Part shown: piece after piece, positions 1 through 11,910 of the stretch
Numbering within the stretch: position 1 is the stretch's first letter
Layout of the letters: each line of letters starts with the position of its first letter
Assembly (NCBI GenBank): GCA_963759875.1
Contig: CAVXBB010000016.1
Location: 745,579-809,578, forward strand
DNA length: 64,000 bases
Reading direction: 5' to 3'
From: an uncultured Acidobacteriaceae bacterium
GTDB taxonomy: Bacteria; Acidobacteriota; Terriglobia; Terriglobales; Acidobacteriaceae
Made by a program: the position numbers and the translations under genes
The notes under the pieces: model-generated
Told to the model about the DNA's origin: nothing
Database searches by the model: none
What the model saw: only the letters and a program-made list of their open reading frames with translations

Positions 1-28
1 GCTGACTACTAGCTACTCGCTGCCGCTC

Positions 29-514
29 TTAGTCCCCACCCGGCGCATCATTACTTACATATTGTTCCAGCGAATCAAGTTCGCGGCCCAAATCCTCAAT
101 ACGCCACTCCAGCAGGTTGCGAATGGAAAGCATGCCTAATAATTTTCCGCTGTTGTCCACCACTGGAAGGTGCCGAAAATGCCGCTCCACCATCGTGACA
201 AACGCCTCACTGGATCCGGTTTCCGACGTCGCTAATTCGACAGGCGTGGTCATCAACTCACGCACCGGCGTGCTCTTCGGATCACGTCCGCTCAGCGCAA
301 ATTTCCTCAGCACATCGCGCTCGGTAAAAATTCCGGCCACTCGCCTTTCACTGTCGACCACGGCGACTGCGCCCACATGCCTGTCGAGCATGGTGCGGAT
401 CGCATCGGCCACACTCGCTTCCGATGAAACCGCCGCCGGTTCGACATCGCAAAGTTCTAAAACGCTCATATTGACCTCCATCCCGCAAACACGGCGCCGC
501 CCATTCCAGGCCAA
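29..514 (-). CDS. CBS-pair domain protein
   Basis: 161-aa ORF with two CBS-type modules (GAVAVVDSERRVAGIFTERDVLRK and HLPVVDNSGKLLGMLSIRNLLE). Start uncertain; internal Met codons at 481 and 469 are equally plausible. Confidence 0.8.
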   Translation of the reverse strand: MAWNGRRRVCGMEVNMSVLELCDVEPAAVSSEASVADAIRTMLDRHVGAVAVVDSERRVAGIFTERDVLRKFALSGRDPKSTPVRELMTTPVELATSETGSSEAFVTMVERHFRHLPVVDNSGKLLGMLSIRNLLEWRIEDLGRELDSLEQYVSNDAPGGD

Positions 515-581
515 CTCGGGATTCGGGCATTATGCCGCTTCGCCACACAATGTCAAGGGTGATTTAAATCAGCTTCGTGCC

Positions 582-669
582 GTCATCCCGGAGCCCCGCG
601 TTTTAATCAGGGGGCGAGAGCCTGGGTCATCCCGAGCAAGCCTCTTTTGCGCAGCGAGGGATCTGGGGG
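582..669 (+). repeat. REP-like element family 1, two abutting degenerate copies
   Basis: GTCATCCCGG... and GTCATCCCGAGC...GAGGGATCTGGGGG resemble the GTCATCCTGA...GGATCT units at 2152, 2259 and 11937. Confidence 0.4.
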
Positions 670-743
670 ATCCGCGCGAAGCGTCGCGATGTTTGCGACG
701 CAATCATCGCGCGTTTGGATCGCTTCCTTATTAGATTCAGTAC

Positions 744-2066
744 TCACTCCACCGCCTTCCCTCCGCTCTTGAACACCTTTCCATCCTTCATTACGAACTG
801 CACATTCTCCAAAACCTTCACGTCGCTCAACGGATCCCCATTCACCGCCACGATGTCCGCGTAAGCTCCCGGCGCAATCGCACCGATTTTGCCTTCCATT
901 TCCAGCATCTCCGCCGGCCGTGAAGTCGCGCTTTTAATCGCATCCATGGGAGACATCCCAAGCCTCACCATCTGCGAAAACTCCTGAGCAATCGGCTCAC
1001 TCCAGGAAATTCCGCCCATGTCAGTGCCAAAAACAATCTTGACTCCCGCATGCAACGCCTTCGGAAACGACACTTCATGCACCGCGGCCCGCTTGCGATC
1101 ACGCTGCCCATTCGGCGTATCCGCCGGCGCCCAATCCTTGTAATACGGACTGATCGTCGGACAATACCATGTCCCCTGTTTCAGCATTTGTGCAATCGCC
1201 GCGTCGTCCAAATCAAGTCCGTGCTCAATCGAATCGCAGCCGCCATCGAGCGCCCGATGCAGCCCAATCCCTCCATACGCGTGGCACGCCACTTTCTTTT
1301 GCCACCCATGCGTCTCATCCACTATCGCCTTCAGTTCTTCCACCGTCAGTGTCGGCTGAGACACCAGTTCGCCATTTTTGCCCACCCACGACCGGTGTGT
1401 CATATAGACCTTGATCCAATCGGCCCCATGATCCAGTTGTTCCCTCGCCGCCTTTCGCGCTTCCACCGGCCCATCGATCAGTTGTGCCCCTTTCGGCATG
1501 TCCAGCTCGGGCGCGTAATCTTCCAGCATGTAACCGCCCGTTGTCGAGATTGCCCGCGTCACGACGAACATTCGCGGCCCAGGGATATAGCCTTTTTCAA
1601 TCGCCTCTTTAATGCCAACATCGCCATATCCCGCACCCTCGGTTTCGAGATCGCGCAAAGTGGTAAATCCCTGTTCCAGCGCTCGCCGTACCGAGACCGT
1701 CGCCCGCGCTGCGCGCAATGCCAGCGGAGGATAAAGGATATTCGCATCATAGCCGCCCTGCGCCGGGTCTTCTCCCTGCAGAAAAATGTGAGTGTGCGAA
1801 TCGATCATTCCTGGCAGCACCGTGGCGTGCGAAAGATCAATTACGTTTGCGTCCGCAGGAATTTTCGCCCTCGTAGCATCACTTACACTGTCAACCCGGT
1901 CGCCACGAATCACGATGACCTGATCGTGTTTCACCCCATCTGATTTGCCGTCAATCAGCGTCCCCGCCCGAATCACGGTGAACGTGTGCAATGCCGGAGT
2001 TTCTTGCGCGCTGCCCGTAATCAAACTAAAAACCGCGACGAACAGAACCACCAGCGAGTTCTTCAT
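744..2066 (-). CDS. secreted metal-dependent amidohydrolase (imidazolonepropionase / Xaa-Pro dipeptidase-like family)
   Basis: 440-aa ORF with signal peptide MKNSLVVLFVAVFSLITGSAQ, metal-binding DSHTHI motif, and later HAYG and GTDMGG motifs typical of the amidohydrolase superfamily. Confidence 0.85.
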   Translation of the reverse strand: MKNSLVVLFVAVFSLITGSAQETPALHTFTVIRAGTLIDGKSDGVKHDQVIVIRGDRVDSVSDATRAKIPADANVIDLSHATVLPGMIDSHTHIFLQGEDPAQGGYDANILYPPLALRAARATVSVRRALEQGFTTLRDLETEGAGYGDVGIKEAIEKGYIPGPRMFVVTRAISTTGGYMLEDYAPELDMPKGAQLIDGPVEARKAAREQLDHGADWIKVYMTHRSWVGKNGELVSQPTLTVEELKAIVDETHGWQKKVACHAYGGIGLHRALDGGCDSIEHGLDLDDAAIAQMLKQGTWYCPTISPYYKDWAPADTPNGQRDRKRAAVHEVSFPKALHAGVKIVFGTDMGGISWSEPIAQEFSQMVRLGMSPMDAIKSATSRPAEMLEMEGKIGAIAPGAYADIVAVNGDPLSDVKVLENVQFVMKDGKVFKSGGKAVE

Positions 2067-2151
2067 AACTCTTCCAATCGATTGTCACAATTCTGCATGC
2101 GCGTGCTGGCCATTCTACGCCAGAATCTCAATTCATCCCGTGCAAACGATT

Positions 2152-2216
2152 GTCATCCTGACGAAGCGGGATTGCCTGCAGGCAATCCCAGAGAAAGGAT
2201 CTATGCATTTGTGGGG
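2152..2216 (+). repeat. REP-like element family 1
   Basis: GTCATCCTGACGAA-[hairpin GCGGGATTGCCTGCAGGCAATCCC]-AGAGAAAGGATCTATGCATTTGTGGGG. A near copy lies 107 bp downstream. Confidence 0.7.
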
Positions 2217-2258
2217 ATGACAAAGCCCGCCACTCCCGACTCCGGCAGCTTTCTGATT

Positions 2259-2320
2259 GTCATCCTGAAGCGGGGTTGCCTGCACACAGGCAACCCCCGA
2301 GGAAGGATCTATGCATTTTA
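2259..2320 (+). repeat. REP-like element family 1
   Basis: GTCATCCTGAAGCGGGGTTGCCTGCACACAGGCAACCCCCGAGGAAGGATCTATGCATTTT. Same architecture as 2152-2216. Confidence 0.7.
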
Positions 2321-2379
2321 GGAGAAAGAAAGCGACGCCTCGTCTGCTGAGAACCTGATAGAACGCTAATTGCTGAAAG

Positions 2380-3105
2380 CTACTTCAACGCTTGCAGCTT
2401 CGCCGACGCCATCTGCGCCGCTTCCGTGGCGGGATTTTCCTTCTGGATCTGCTCGTACGTTCGTTTTGCTTCCAGCGGCATATTGGCCGATTGGTAGGTT
2501 GCCGCCAGCTCCATTTGTGCCGTCGTCTTGCTCACCGTGGCCGTCGGTTTGGCAATGATCTCGTTATAAATATCAATCGCCTGCTTGTCACGATTTGTGT
2601 CCCTATACACTGAAGCCAGCGCAAACTTCGCCAGCGTCGCCAGCTCTTTTTTGTGATACGACGCAACCCCCTTCAATTCGCGTTCGGCGGCCGCATTGTC
2701 CCCCATCTCCGCCGAGGTCAGGCCAAGAAAGTAGTGAGAAAAATCCGCGGCGTGGGTATGCGGATAATTATTGACGACGTCTTCAAATTGCTTATGCGCC
2801 GCCGTCGCCCGTTCCTTGATGCTGGCAAAACTGGCGACCTCCGGCTGCGGCGGCATGTTCGGCGGCCGAATCGGGGTATCCATCGTGCGCACCGCCTGGC
2901 TGAACTCCACGCTGGCCTTCTGGTCCTGCTGGTTCCCGTAATACCAGCCGCCAAATGCAAGCCCCACGATGACCAGCACGACAATGGCGGCCACAATCAG
3001 CTTGTTCTGATGTTCAACCGACCAATGGAGAGTCCTTTCGGCTGTGTCGATGGTGACTTTGCTGAATCGGTCTTGTTTTAGCTGATGGCGGGTTTGTGCG
3101 CGCAC
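2380..3105 (-). CDS. membrane-anchored TPR-like protein (YfgM-like)
   Basis: 241-aa ORF with one N-terminal TM helix (LIVAAIVVLVIVGLAFGGWYY) followed by a helical-repeat domain. Confidence 0.65.
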   Translation of the reverse strand: MRAQTRHQLKQDRFSKVTIDTAERTLHWSVEHQNKLIVAAIVVLVIVGLAFGGWYYGNQQDQKASVEFSQAVRTMDTPIRPPNMPPQPEVASFASIKERATAAHKQFEDVVNNYPHTHAADFSHYFLGLTSAEMGDNAAAERELKGVASYHKKELATLAKFALASVYRDTNRDKQAIDIYNEIIAKPTATVSKTTAQMELAATYQSANMPLEAKRTYEQIQKENPATEAAQMASAKLQALK

Positions 3106-3377
3106 GAACTTCCCTTCTGCTGGTTAGATAAGGTGGGCTGGCAAACATTCAGTCTAGCAGGGAAAAAACCGGAGCGTCAAAGCGCTATGACCAAATCACT
3201 GCCGACCCGCTCAAGAGTATTCGGGGAGCACCGCAAGCCTTATCGGGCATAGAACGAGAAGGATCATTCCTGAAACTACCTTCCACTTCGTGTATTCTCG
3301 CGGCCTCAAGCTGCTGCTTTCTCTCCTCTGACCCCTAATAATCCCACCAGTTCTTTAAACTCGAAACGGGTAGTGGG

Positions 3378-3521
3378 CTACTTTGAATTTTTGTCGAAAA
3401 GCTTTTGAATCCCGCCATCACCCAAATCTCGCGTGTAAAGCTTCTTGGCTTGCCAATATTTGAGCCACGACCAAAGAGCGGCAACAGCGCAAGCCAAGAG
3501 TATTGAAAGAACTGCCTTCAT
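3378..3521 (-). CDS. possible small membrane protein (47 aa)
   Basis: My own translation: MKAVLSILLACAVAALWSWLKYWQAKKLYTRDLGDGGIQKLFDKNSK. Below the ORF-track size cutoff. Its last codons and stop lie inside the 3369-3390 repeat. Confidence 0.25.
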   Translation of the reverse strand: MKAVLSILLACAVAALWSWLKYWQAKKLYTRDLGDGGIQKLFDKNSK

Positions 3522-3524
3522 AAG

Positions 3525-3757
3525 CTACGCTGCTCTTTCCGCCCTCCGCTGTTCGTAGGCTTCCCACAGGGCTACTAAATCTTCTACGCTCCAGAGCCGG
3601 TCTGTGACTCCAGCTGCCATTGCTGGACTCATGCGCAGCGTACGATGAGTCTTAATGAAATTATATGCGAAATAATTGAGAGCTACAGCAGCATGATTAG
3701 CAAGTTTGCGACTGAATCCATTCGACAAGCGGGTATAGCGGCGCATGTGCGTGCGAA
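3525..3757 (-). pseudogene. DDE transposase C-terminal fragment (IS1-like, COG3677-type tail)
   Basis: Only ...RTHMRRYTRLSNGFSRKLANHAAVALNYFAYNFIKTHRTLRMSPAMAAGVTDRLWSVEDLV... survives. There is no catalytic N-terminal part. The break coincides with the repeat at 3760-3781. Confidence 0.5.
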
Positions 3758-3815
3758 CCGGTAGTGGGCTGCTTTGAATTTGAGGATAACGGCATAAGAC
3801 ATTAGGAGAATCCAA

Positions 3816-4013
3816 ATGTTCGAAGGTCTGTTTCAGCCAATTCACCTGCTGCTAATCGTGACGCTCGGTTTCGTCGTACTCACCCCATTCTGGCAAAGTT
3901 TCAAGAAGGCTGGTTTCAGCCCCTGGCTATCCCTCTTGACGATGATCCCTCTCGTCAATTTGCTCGTGTTTTATTATGTCGCTTTCGCACGATGGCCTGA
4001 AAAATCAAAGTAG
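3816..4013 (+). CDS. small two-TM membrane protein
   Basis: 65-aa ORF with two hydrophobic helices (LLLIVTLGFVVLTPFW and LSLLTMIPLVNLLVFYYVAF). Its stop is embedded in the repeat at 4001-4022. Confidence 0.35.
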   Translation: MFEGLFQPIHLLLIVTLGFVVLTPFWQSFKKAGFSPWLSLLTMIPLVNLLVFYYVAFARWPEKSK

Positions 4014-4080
4014 CCCACTACCTGCGAACGAGATCGGACGGCTCGCCCGTCCCACGCTGCTATAATGAAGAATTGTCCTC

Positions 4081-4623
4081 ATGCTCAGAAAGCGCCTAGT
4101 CCGTTCCACCACCGTCCTTTGTGTCCGCAGAAATGGCACCGTCGTAATGGCCGGAGACGGCCAGGTCACTCTGGGCGAGGGCGTAATCAAGCACTCGGCC
4201 AAGAAAATCCGCCGCCTTTACCAAGACAAAATTCTGGCCGGATTTGCCGGTTCGACCGCCGACGCTTTTTCGCTCTTCAGCCGTTTCGAGTCCAAGCTGG
4301 AGCAATATCACGGCAACATCGGCCGTGCTGCCGTCGAGCTGGCTAAAGACTGGCGCACCGACAAATTCCTGCGCCACTTGGAAGCCCTGCTGCTGGTTTC
4401 CGACAAAGAACAAACATTTTTGCTAAGCGGCCAGGGCGACGTCATCGAGCCGGACGGCGGAATCGCCGCCATCGGCAGCGGCGGCCCCTATGCGCAGGCC
4501 GCAGCTCAAGCTCTCGTCGAGCAAACCCAACTTTCGGCCCGTCAGATCGCCGAAGAAGCCATGAAGATTGCCGGCAAAATGTGCATCTATACTAATGATA
4601 AGGTAACCATCGAGGAACTATGA
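4081..4623 (+). CDS. hslV: ATP-dependent protease subunit HslV
   Basis: 180-aa ORF with [22 protein letters not shown] (Ntn-hydrolase Thr), [10 protein letters not shown] and GSGGPYA motifs. Lies immediately upstream of hslU. Confidence 0.95.
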   Translation: MLRKRLVRSTTVLCVRRNGTVVMAGDGQVTLGEGVIKHSAKKIRRLYQDKILAGFAGSTADAFSLFSRFESKLEQYHGNIGRAAVELAKDWRTDKFLRHLEALLLVSDKEQTFLLSGQGDVIEPDGGIAAIGSGGPYAQAAAQALVEQTQLSARQIAEEAMKIAGKMCIYTNDKVTIEEL

Positions 4624-4687
4624 TTCCCACGTAGGGACGCGCGTCCCGTCCGCTCGAGCGTAGCTCGACAAAATCGCTAATACCAAT

Positions 4688-6103
<1,416 letters not shown>

Positions 6104-6406
6104 CTAGTTGGCTTATTGTCCTTCGGCCCTTTCCTCGGCCCTCCCATCGCAGTGGGCGCGGGCAAGCCGTCAGCGCTTTCCCAACTTACCAGGCTCTAAG
6201 CGATTTCTAATATTTCCTTTGTTTACAAGCCCTTGCTCTAGTCCCAAGTAACCGTCGTAATCTTTACGCCTGCCGAACACCCCCATGAAAATCAGAATTT
6301 AGAACCCTTTGCAGCAACAGTAGTAGCGCCTCAGGAACCGAAGCGGCTGCTCGTGCAGCTCCCCCGGCACCTGTATCCGGCTACGGAAACAATGGGTGTT
6401 TCCTGC

Positions 6407-7671
6407 ATGAAGTGTCGGGTTATCGCGGTTCTCGGCACGCGGCCTGAAGCTATCAAGTTGGCGTTGGTGATTCAGGAATTGCGCCGGCGTTCGGAAGAGT
6501 TTGAAACCGCCGTAGTCCATACCGGTCAGCATCGCACCATGCTCGACCATGCCCTGAAGTTCTTCAAGATCAAACCCGACTTCGATCTGGATGTCATGCG
6601 TCCCAATCAGACGCTGAACTCCCTTACCGCGCGCGTATTGGATACGGTCGAAAATGCCTGCCATCGCTTCGAGCCTAACATGGTGCTGGTGCAGGGCGAT
6701 ACTACAACGGCGTTTGCCTCCGCGCTGGCGGCGTACTACTGCAAGATTGCGGTTGGCCACATCGAGGCAGGCCTGCGCAGCCACGACATTTACAACCCGT
6801 TCCCGGAAGAAGCCAACCGTCGGCTGGTCTCGGTGCTGACCGAAATTCACTTTGCTCCCACTGCGCTTTCGCGCGGGAAAACCTGCTGGCCGAGGGCGTG
6901 CCTGCCGAAAAAATCGTGGTTACCGGCAACACCGTGATCGATACGCTTGCGCGCTCCTCAGCGCACTTGCCGCATTCCTGGGAGAACACGCCCCTGGCCG
7001 GCATCCCGTGACGATGGCTCCCGCCTGGTGCTGGTCACTTCTCATCGGCGCGAATCCTTGGGGTACGGATCAGGAGAATATGTGCCTGGCGCTCAAGGAT
7101 CTGGTGCAAGCGCATCCCGATATTCGCGTCATCTATCCCGTGCACATGAATCCCAACGTCCGCAGCACGGTGAATGCGCTGCTGCAGAATACGGACCGAA
7201 TCCATCTGACTGAACCGCTCGATTACATCACTTTCGTCAGCCTGTTGCGGCGTTGTTTCCTGGTGCTCACTGATTCCGGCGGAATTCAGGAAGAAGCGCC
7301 CACGTTCGGGAAGCCCGTGCTGGTGCTGCGCAAACTTACGGAGCGTCCGGAAGCTTCGCAGTTTGGCATGGCCAAAATCATCGGCATGTCGCGCGAGGGC
7401 ATCGTCAACGAGACCGAGTCACCTGCTCAACGATGCGGAAGCGTATCAGGACATGTCGGAGGGCGGAAATCCTTACGGGGACGGTCACGGTTCGGAGCGG
7501 ATCGTGGAGGCGGTGGCCCGCTGGCATGCGAAGAAGACTCCCGACTGCTCGGAGAGCCGACAAGCAATTCAAGCTGGCCGCCCGCGGACCGACTTCCGCG
7601 GCGTCGGCAAAGGAGCGACGCTCGACGGAAGAACGCAGTCGCAAAGCCGGCCGGCCGCAGGCAAGGAGTGA
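6407..7671 (+). pseudogene. wecB: UDP-N-acetylglucosamine 2-epimerase, at least 4 frame breaks
   Basis: Homology runs through five frame segments: MKCRVIAVLGTRPEAIKL...HIEAGLRS...EEANRRL; ARENLLAEGVPAEKIVVTGNTVIDTL; RLVLVTSHRRESLG; QENMCLALKDLVQAHPDIRVIYPVHMNPNV...DSGGIQEEAPTFGKPVLVLR; NPYGDGHGSERIVEAV. Frames go 2>1>2>0>1. Confidence 0.8.
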
Positions 7672-7704
7672 CCACGCAGCAAGCTCCTGCGTCTGGGCTG
7701 TCGG

Positions 7705-8960
7705 TTGCGCGCCATGATTTATGTTCTCTACATCATTGTTTTCGGCAGCATCTGTGTCTATACCGGCCGCCACTACTGGTTCACCCTGAATCGGCTGTTC
7801 GGTTTCCAGCGCCATCCTTACATCGACATCGACACCGCCGACTGGCCTCCCGTCACCGTGCTGGTGGCGGCTCACAATGAAGAAAAAGTTATCGCCCACA
7901 TTCTCGAGCCTTGATGACGGTGAAATATCCCGCGGACAAAATGCTGGTGATTCCGGTCAACGACCGTTCCACCGACCGCACCCGCGAGATCATCGATGAG
8001 TTTCGTCAGAGCGCTTTCCCGGGCGCATTCAGCCCTTTCCATCGGGCTCGCGGGCAAAGGCGGCAAAGCGGCAGCACTGAAAGATGCCATGGAACTGGTG
8101 ATCACCGAGGTCATCCTGATTTTCGATGCGGATTACATTCCCGGGCGCCGGGCTGATCAAGCAGCTGGTTGCGCCGTTCTTCGATCCCGAAGTCGGCGGC
8201 GTCATGGGCCGGGTCGTGCCTATGAATGTCGGGCACGAATCTGCTGACACGTCTGCTGGATCTGGAACGGTCGGGCGGCTACCAAGTGGATCAGCAGGCG
8301 CGCATGAACCTGCGCCTCGTGCCCGCAACATGGCGGCACGGTGGCGGGAGTCCGGTTGAGCGCTCTGCGGGAAATTGGCGGATGGAACGAGAACTCGCTG
8401 ACCGAAGACACCGACCTCACCTATCGCCTCTTGCTGAATGGCTGGAAAACCGCATACCAGAATCGGTCGGAGTGTTACGAGGAGGTTCCCGAAGTGTGGC
8501 CGGTGCGCGATCAAGCAGATCATGCGCTGGGCCAAGGGCCACAACCAGGCCATGGCGACATATGGTCTGCCTCTGCTGCTGGGCAAGAATCGCGCTACCC
8601 TGCGGGAACGGATTGATGGCACGTTGCTGCTGGGAGTGTATGCCATGGCGCCGGTCACGCTTATCGGCTGGGCGCTGGCGCTCGCAGTGTTTTATCAGGG
8701 CGTGGCTCCGCTGCATGGCGTCATCGCCTTGCTTTCTCTGACGGCCTACGCCGCCATCGGCAATCTCGCCGCTTTCTTCGAGATCGCCGCCGCGGCTCGA
8801 CTGGATGGCACGCGCAAGCGAATCTGCCTGCTGCCATTCCTCATTCTGGGATTTGCGGTCAGCATCTTCTCCGTCTCCCGCGCCGCGGCGGTTCAAATCA
8901 GCGATCTGGTGACCGGGGCTGAGTTCCACTGGGACAAAACTGAGCGTTTCGGAAGGTCTT
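7705..8960 (+). pseudogene. processive family-2 glycosyltransferase (polysaccharide synthase), at least 6 frame breaks
   Basis: Pieces in seven frame segments: VTVLVAAHNEEKVI; YPADKMLVIPVNDRSTDRT; GKGGKAAALKDAME..ILIFDADY; GGVMGRVVPMN; LLDLERSGGYQVDQQAR; SALREIGGWNENSLTEDTDLTYRLLLNGWK; IMRWAKG followed by TM helices. Confidence 0.75.
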
Positions 8961-8999
8961 GTGAATCCGTATCTCGCAGTGGCCGCTTTGGTTGTATGG

Positions 9000-9960
9000 T
9001 CAGCCTGATGTTCGTGCTGCCACTTTTCCCGCGTTGGTGGAATTGCGCCGCAAGTCGGACGCGTTGCCGCTCAGCGTAGTCCAGCAAAATGCCGGCGAAA
9101 TCCGCTATTTTGCCGACAGCTTTCGGACCTATCATCAAGGGACTCGAACCACCTGCAAGAGTGCGTTGGCTGCGGACGACGGCAACCGGCGTGCTTCCCG
9201 ACGGCGAGGAATATGTGGTGCTCGGCCGCGTGCGACGAGCCTCTGCTGCTTGCGCTGCAACAACGAGACAAAACCCACCTGGTGATCGGCGCCGGACGTT
9301 GACCTCATCCTGCCGGCTGAAGCCACATTTTCAAAGGACATCTATGCCGGCGGCCAATTCATTGGCGGAGTGAAGAACAACTTCCGCGCGATCCTGGGAG
9401 AAAAAAACGTTCACCTGGGCGCTGCCAGCCGCGTGCTGCGTTGGGTTCATGCCGTAGGCGAGTTCACGGCCGACCTCGGCTGCGATCTCTACGGGCGCAT
9501 TTCCTCCGACTCGCGCATACGTCTGCGGGCCGGTTGCAGTTTCTTGCGGCTGAATGCTCCGCGTATTGAAATCGGGGGCGTTGCCAGCTCCTCTAGAGGC
9601 ACCATCGCCGCAGTCCGAATCTCCCAGACGCGGCAATGCCGCATCGTTTTCTGCATGACGGCGACTTCGAGGTTCAGGCCGGCCAGGTCGTCGTCGGCGA
9701 CATCGTGATCCGAGGCAAGTTGCGCATTGGTTCGGGCGCGCGAATTTGCGGCAGCGTGAAGAGCGTCGGCGATGCGGTGATCGCGGACGGCGTCGTGGTG
9801 GAAGGCAGCCTGATCAGCGCGCAAAAAATGCGCATTGGGCCGCACTGCGCGATTCATGGGCCGGTGATTGCCGAACACGAACTGGCGATCGCAACCGGAG
9901 CCCGATGCGGCACGTTTGAACATCCCACGACGGTCAGTGCGCCCACGGATCGAAGTTGAA
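9000..9960 (+). pseudogene. bactofilin-like repeat protein, fragmented
   Basis: Fragments such as NVHLGAASRVLRWVHAVGEFTADLG and GDFEVQAGQVVVGDIVIRGKLRIGSGARICGSVKSVGDAVIADGVVVEGSLISAQKMRIG show the beta-helical bactofilin pattern. They are spread over at least 3 frames, and start and end are not resolvable. Confidence 0.35.
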
Positions 9961-10036
9961 GAAGGTGTGGCCGTGTTTGGCACATTGTGGGCGCGCGAAC
10001 AGGGCCAGGTGGTTACGGCCCGATGGTGGCCAGGCA

Positions 10037-11910
10037 ATGACGCGCACGCGGGTCGTCGTCGCGACGGGTTGTCTTATTCTCGTGGCCCTGATCGCATGGT
10101 CGTGGGCAGACCCACGACCGCTTTCGTTCTACTGCCGATCGACTGCTCTTGCTGGTGCCCGACGGCACCAGTTTCTCCAATCCTAAAGTCACCATGTGGC
10201 TTGACGCTGGCAGCGAAGAAGGACTTCATGTTGTCCCGGTTCATGACTCTGAATTTCTTCGTCCTCTTTGGGAGAGTCGAAGTGCGCAGGGGTGATTCTG
10301 CCGGATTCCATCCACCAGCAGGCCAGTGACCTTTTTGTCGCGACGCTCCACCGATTTGTAAGCCGACGGCGGAAAACTGATGCTGGTCTACGATGCCGGC
10401 ACGTTCTCTCTGAATGGCACTTATGCGGGCGGACGTTCCCGGCTGTCAGACCTGGCGGGCGTGGATTACGCTCTCTACGACAAACTTGGCGACAAGACGA
10501 TCCAATGGAGCAAGGTCACCAGCAGCAATGCGATGGTCAGTCAGATGGAAATACCTCCGGGAAAATACTATCCGTTCCATGCGGAAACCAGCGCCTCCGT
10601 TAAGAAGGGTGGTCCACCAATTACTCCCGCCGGAGACTTCGAAGTTGAGCTCAGGCGCTACAAGTATGGCGAGCTGCAATATCCCAGCTTCGTAACTTCC
10701 GGCAACTACGCGGCGAGGTTTTATTTCACTCCAGCAACGGACTCGTGGCCGGTGAACAGCCCTTTCAAAAAGGTTCCGTCTTGTTCGTGAATCTGCCTCT
10801 CGGATATCTGAAAGGCAACACGGACGGCTTACTGCTGCACGCTTTTCTCAGATATTTCGCCGGTCACGCGCTGGCTTTGCCTTACTTGATGTCCGTGCCG
10901 GATGGAGTCGGCGGGCTGGTGCTGAACTGGCACATCGACTCCAACGCCGCCATCAAGCCGCTGCAGGAGATGAGTTCATGGACTCTGCTGCAACAGGGGC
11001 CATACTCGATTCACATCACTGCCGGACCCGATGCGGGCAAGTTTGGCGACAGAAAGGGTTTTGACGTGGACCACAATCCCGTCAGCCAGAACCTGATCCG
11101 CCAATATCGTGAACCTGGGTTATCAGATCGGCAGCCACGGCGGCTGGATTCATGATTATTTTTCTGCGCACGTCGAAACCGATAATCCGAAAGACCTGGA
11201 ACAGTTTCTGGCTTTGAACCAAGAATTCTTTAGAGCAAGCTACGCGGCAAACCGGTCGATGAATATTCCGCTCCCAATGGCAATCAGCCGCCATGGGTGA
11301 CGCACTGGCTGGAGGCTCACGGTTTCGTCGCTTACTACTTCACCGGCGATACCGGAATGGGTCCGACGCAAGGCTATCGCAACGGCGAACGCGAAGCCCG
11401 CAACGTGTGGGCGTTTCCCATCCTCCATCTGGATCGGGCCGCGGGTTTCGAGGAGATGAGACCGGAAGGATATTCCAGCTCTGAGATCGAGCGCTGGCTT
11501 GCGGCGCATCACCGACTTCGCGGCCGAGCGCCGAATTGGTGAGGCTGGTCTATTTCCATCCGCCCGGAATTCTGCAATACCACGATGTGGTCGATCGGTG
11601 GATGGAACAGACCGGCCGGCTGAAAGCCGACGGACGATTTCGCTGGTACACCATGACCGACCTCGCCGCTTTCCTGAATTCGCGCAAGCAAGTGAAATGG
11701 AGCCTGTCGCACGAAGGCCGTTTCATGAAGCTCGACGCCACCGACCCCACTAATCTTGAGCATTTCGCTTGGTTTCTGCCGGAGCGCACCTTCACTCGTC
11801 CAACCGTAGTCACAGGCTCCGCCACCGTCACTAAACACACTGACGGATGGCTCATCGTCGCTGGTCCGGGCACTCACATTGAAATCGAAGCTGAGGCACC
11901 GTCGCAATGA
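10037..11910 (+). pseudogene. large anchored polysaccharide-modifying protein (deacetylase-like), at least 7 frame breaks
   Basis: Starts with signal-anchor MTRTRVVVATGCLILVALIAWSW. Later fragments (LVLNWHIDSNAAIKPLQEM, IGSHGGWIHDYF, VWAFPILHLDRAAGFEEM, VYFHPPGILQYHDVVDRWMEQ) lie in alternating frames. The deacetylase assignment is weak. Confidence 0.4.

Noticed and set aside
1050-1943. 297-aa plus-strand ORF inside the amidohydrolase gene.
   Set aside because: Arg/Pro/His-rich composition with no motifs. The minus-strand gene has clear amidohydrolase motifs.
8029-10037. Long minus-strand ORFs across the EPS region (8029..8658, 8417..8929, 9489..10037).
   Set aside because: They are antisense to recognisable GT2 and bactofilin-like fragments. 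Their length is a by-product of GC-rich sequence without stops.
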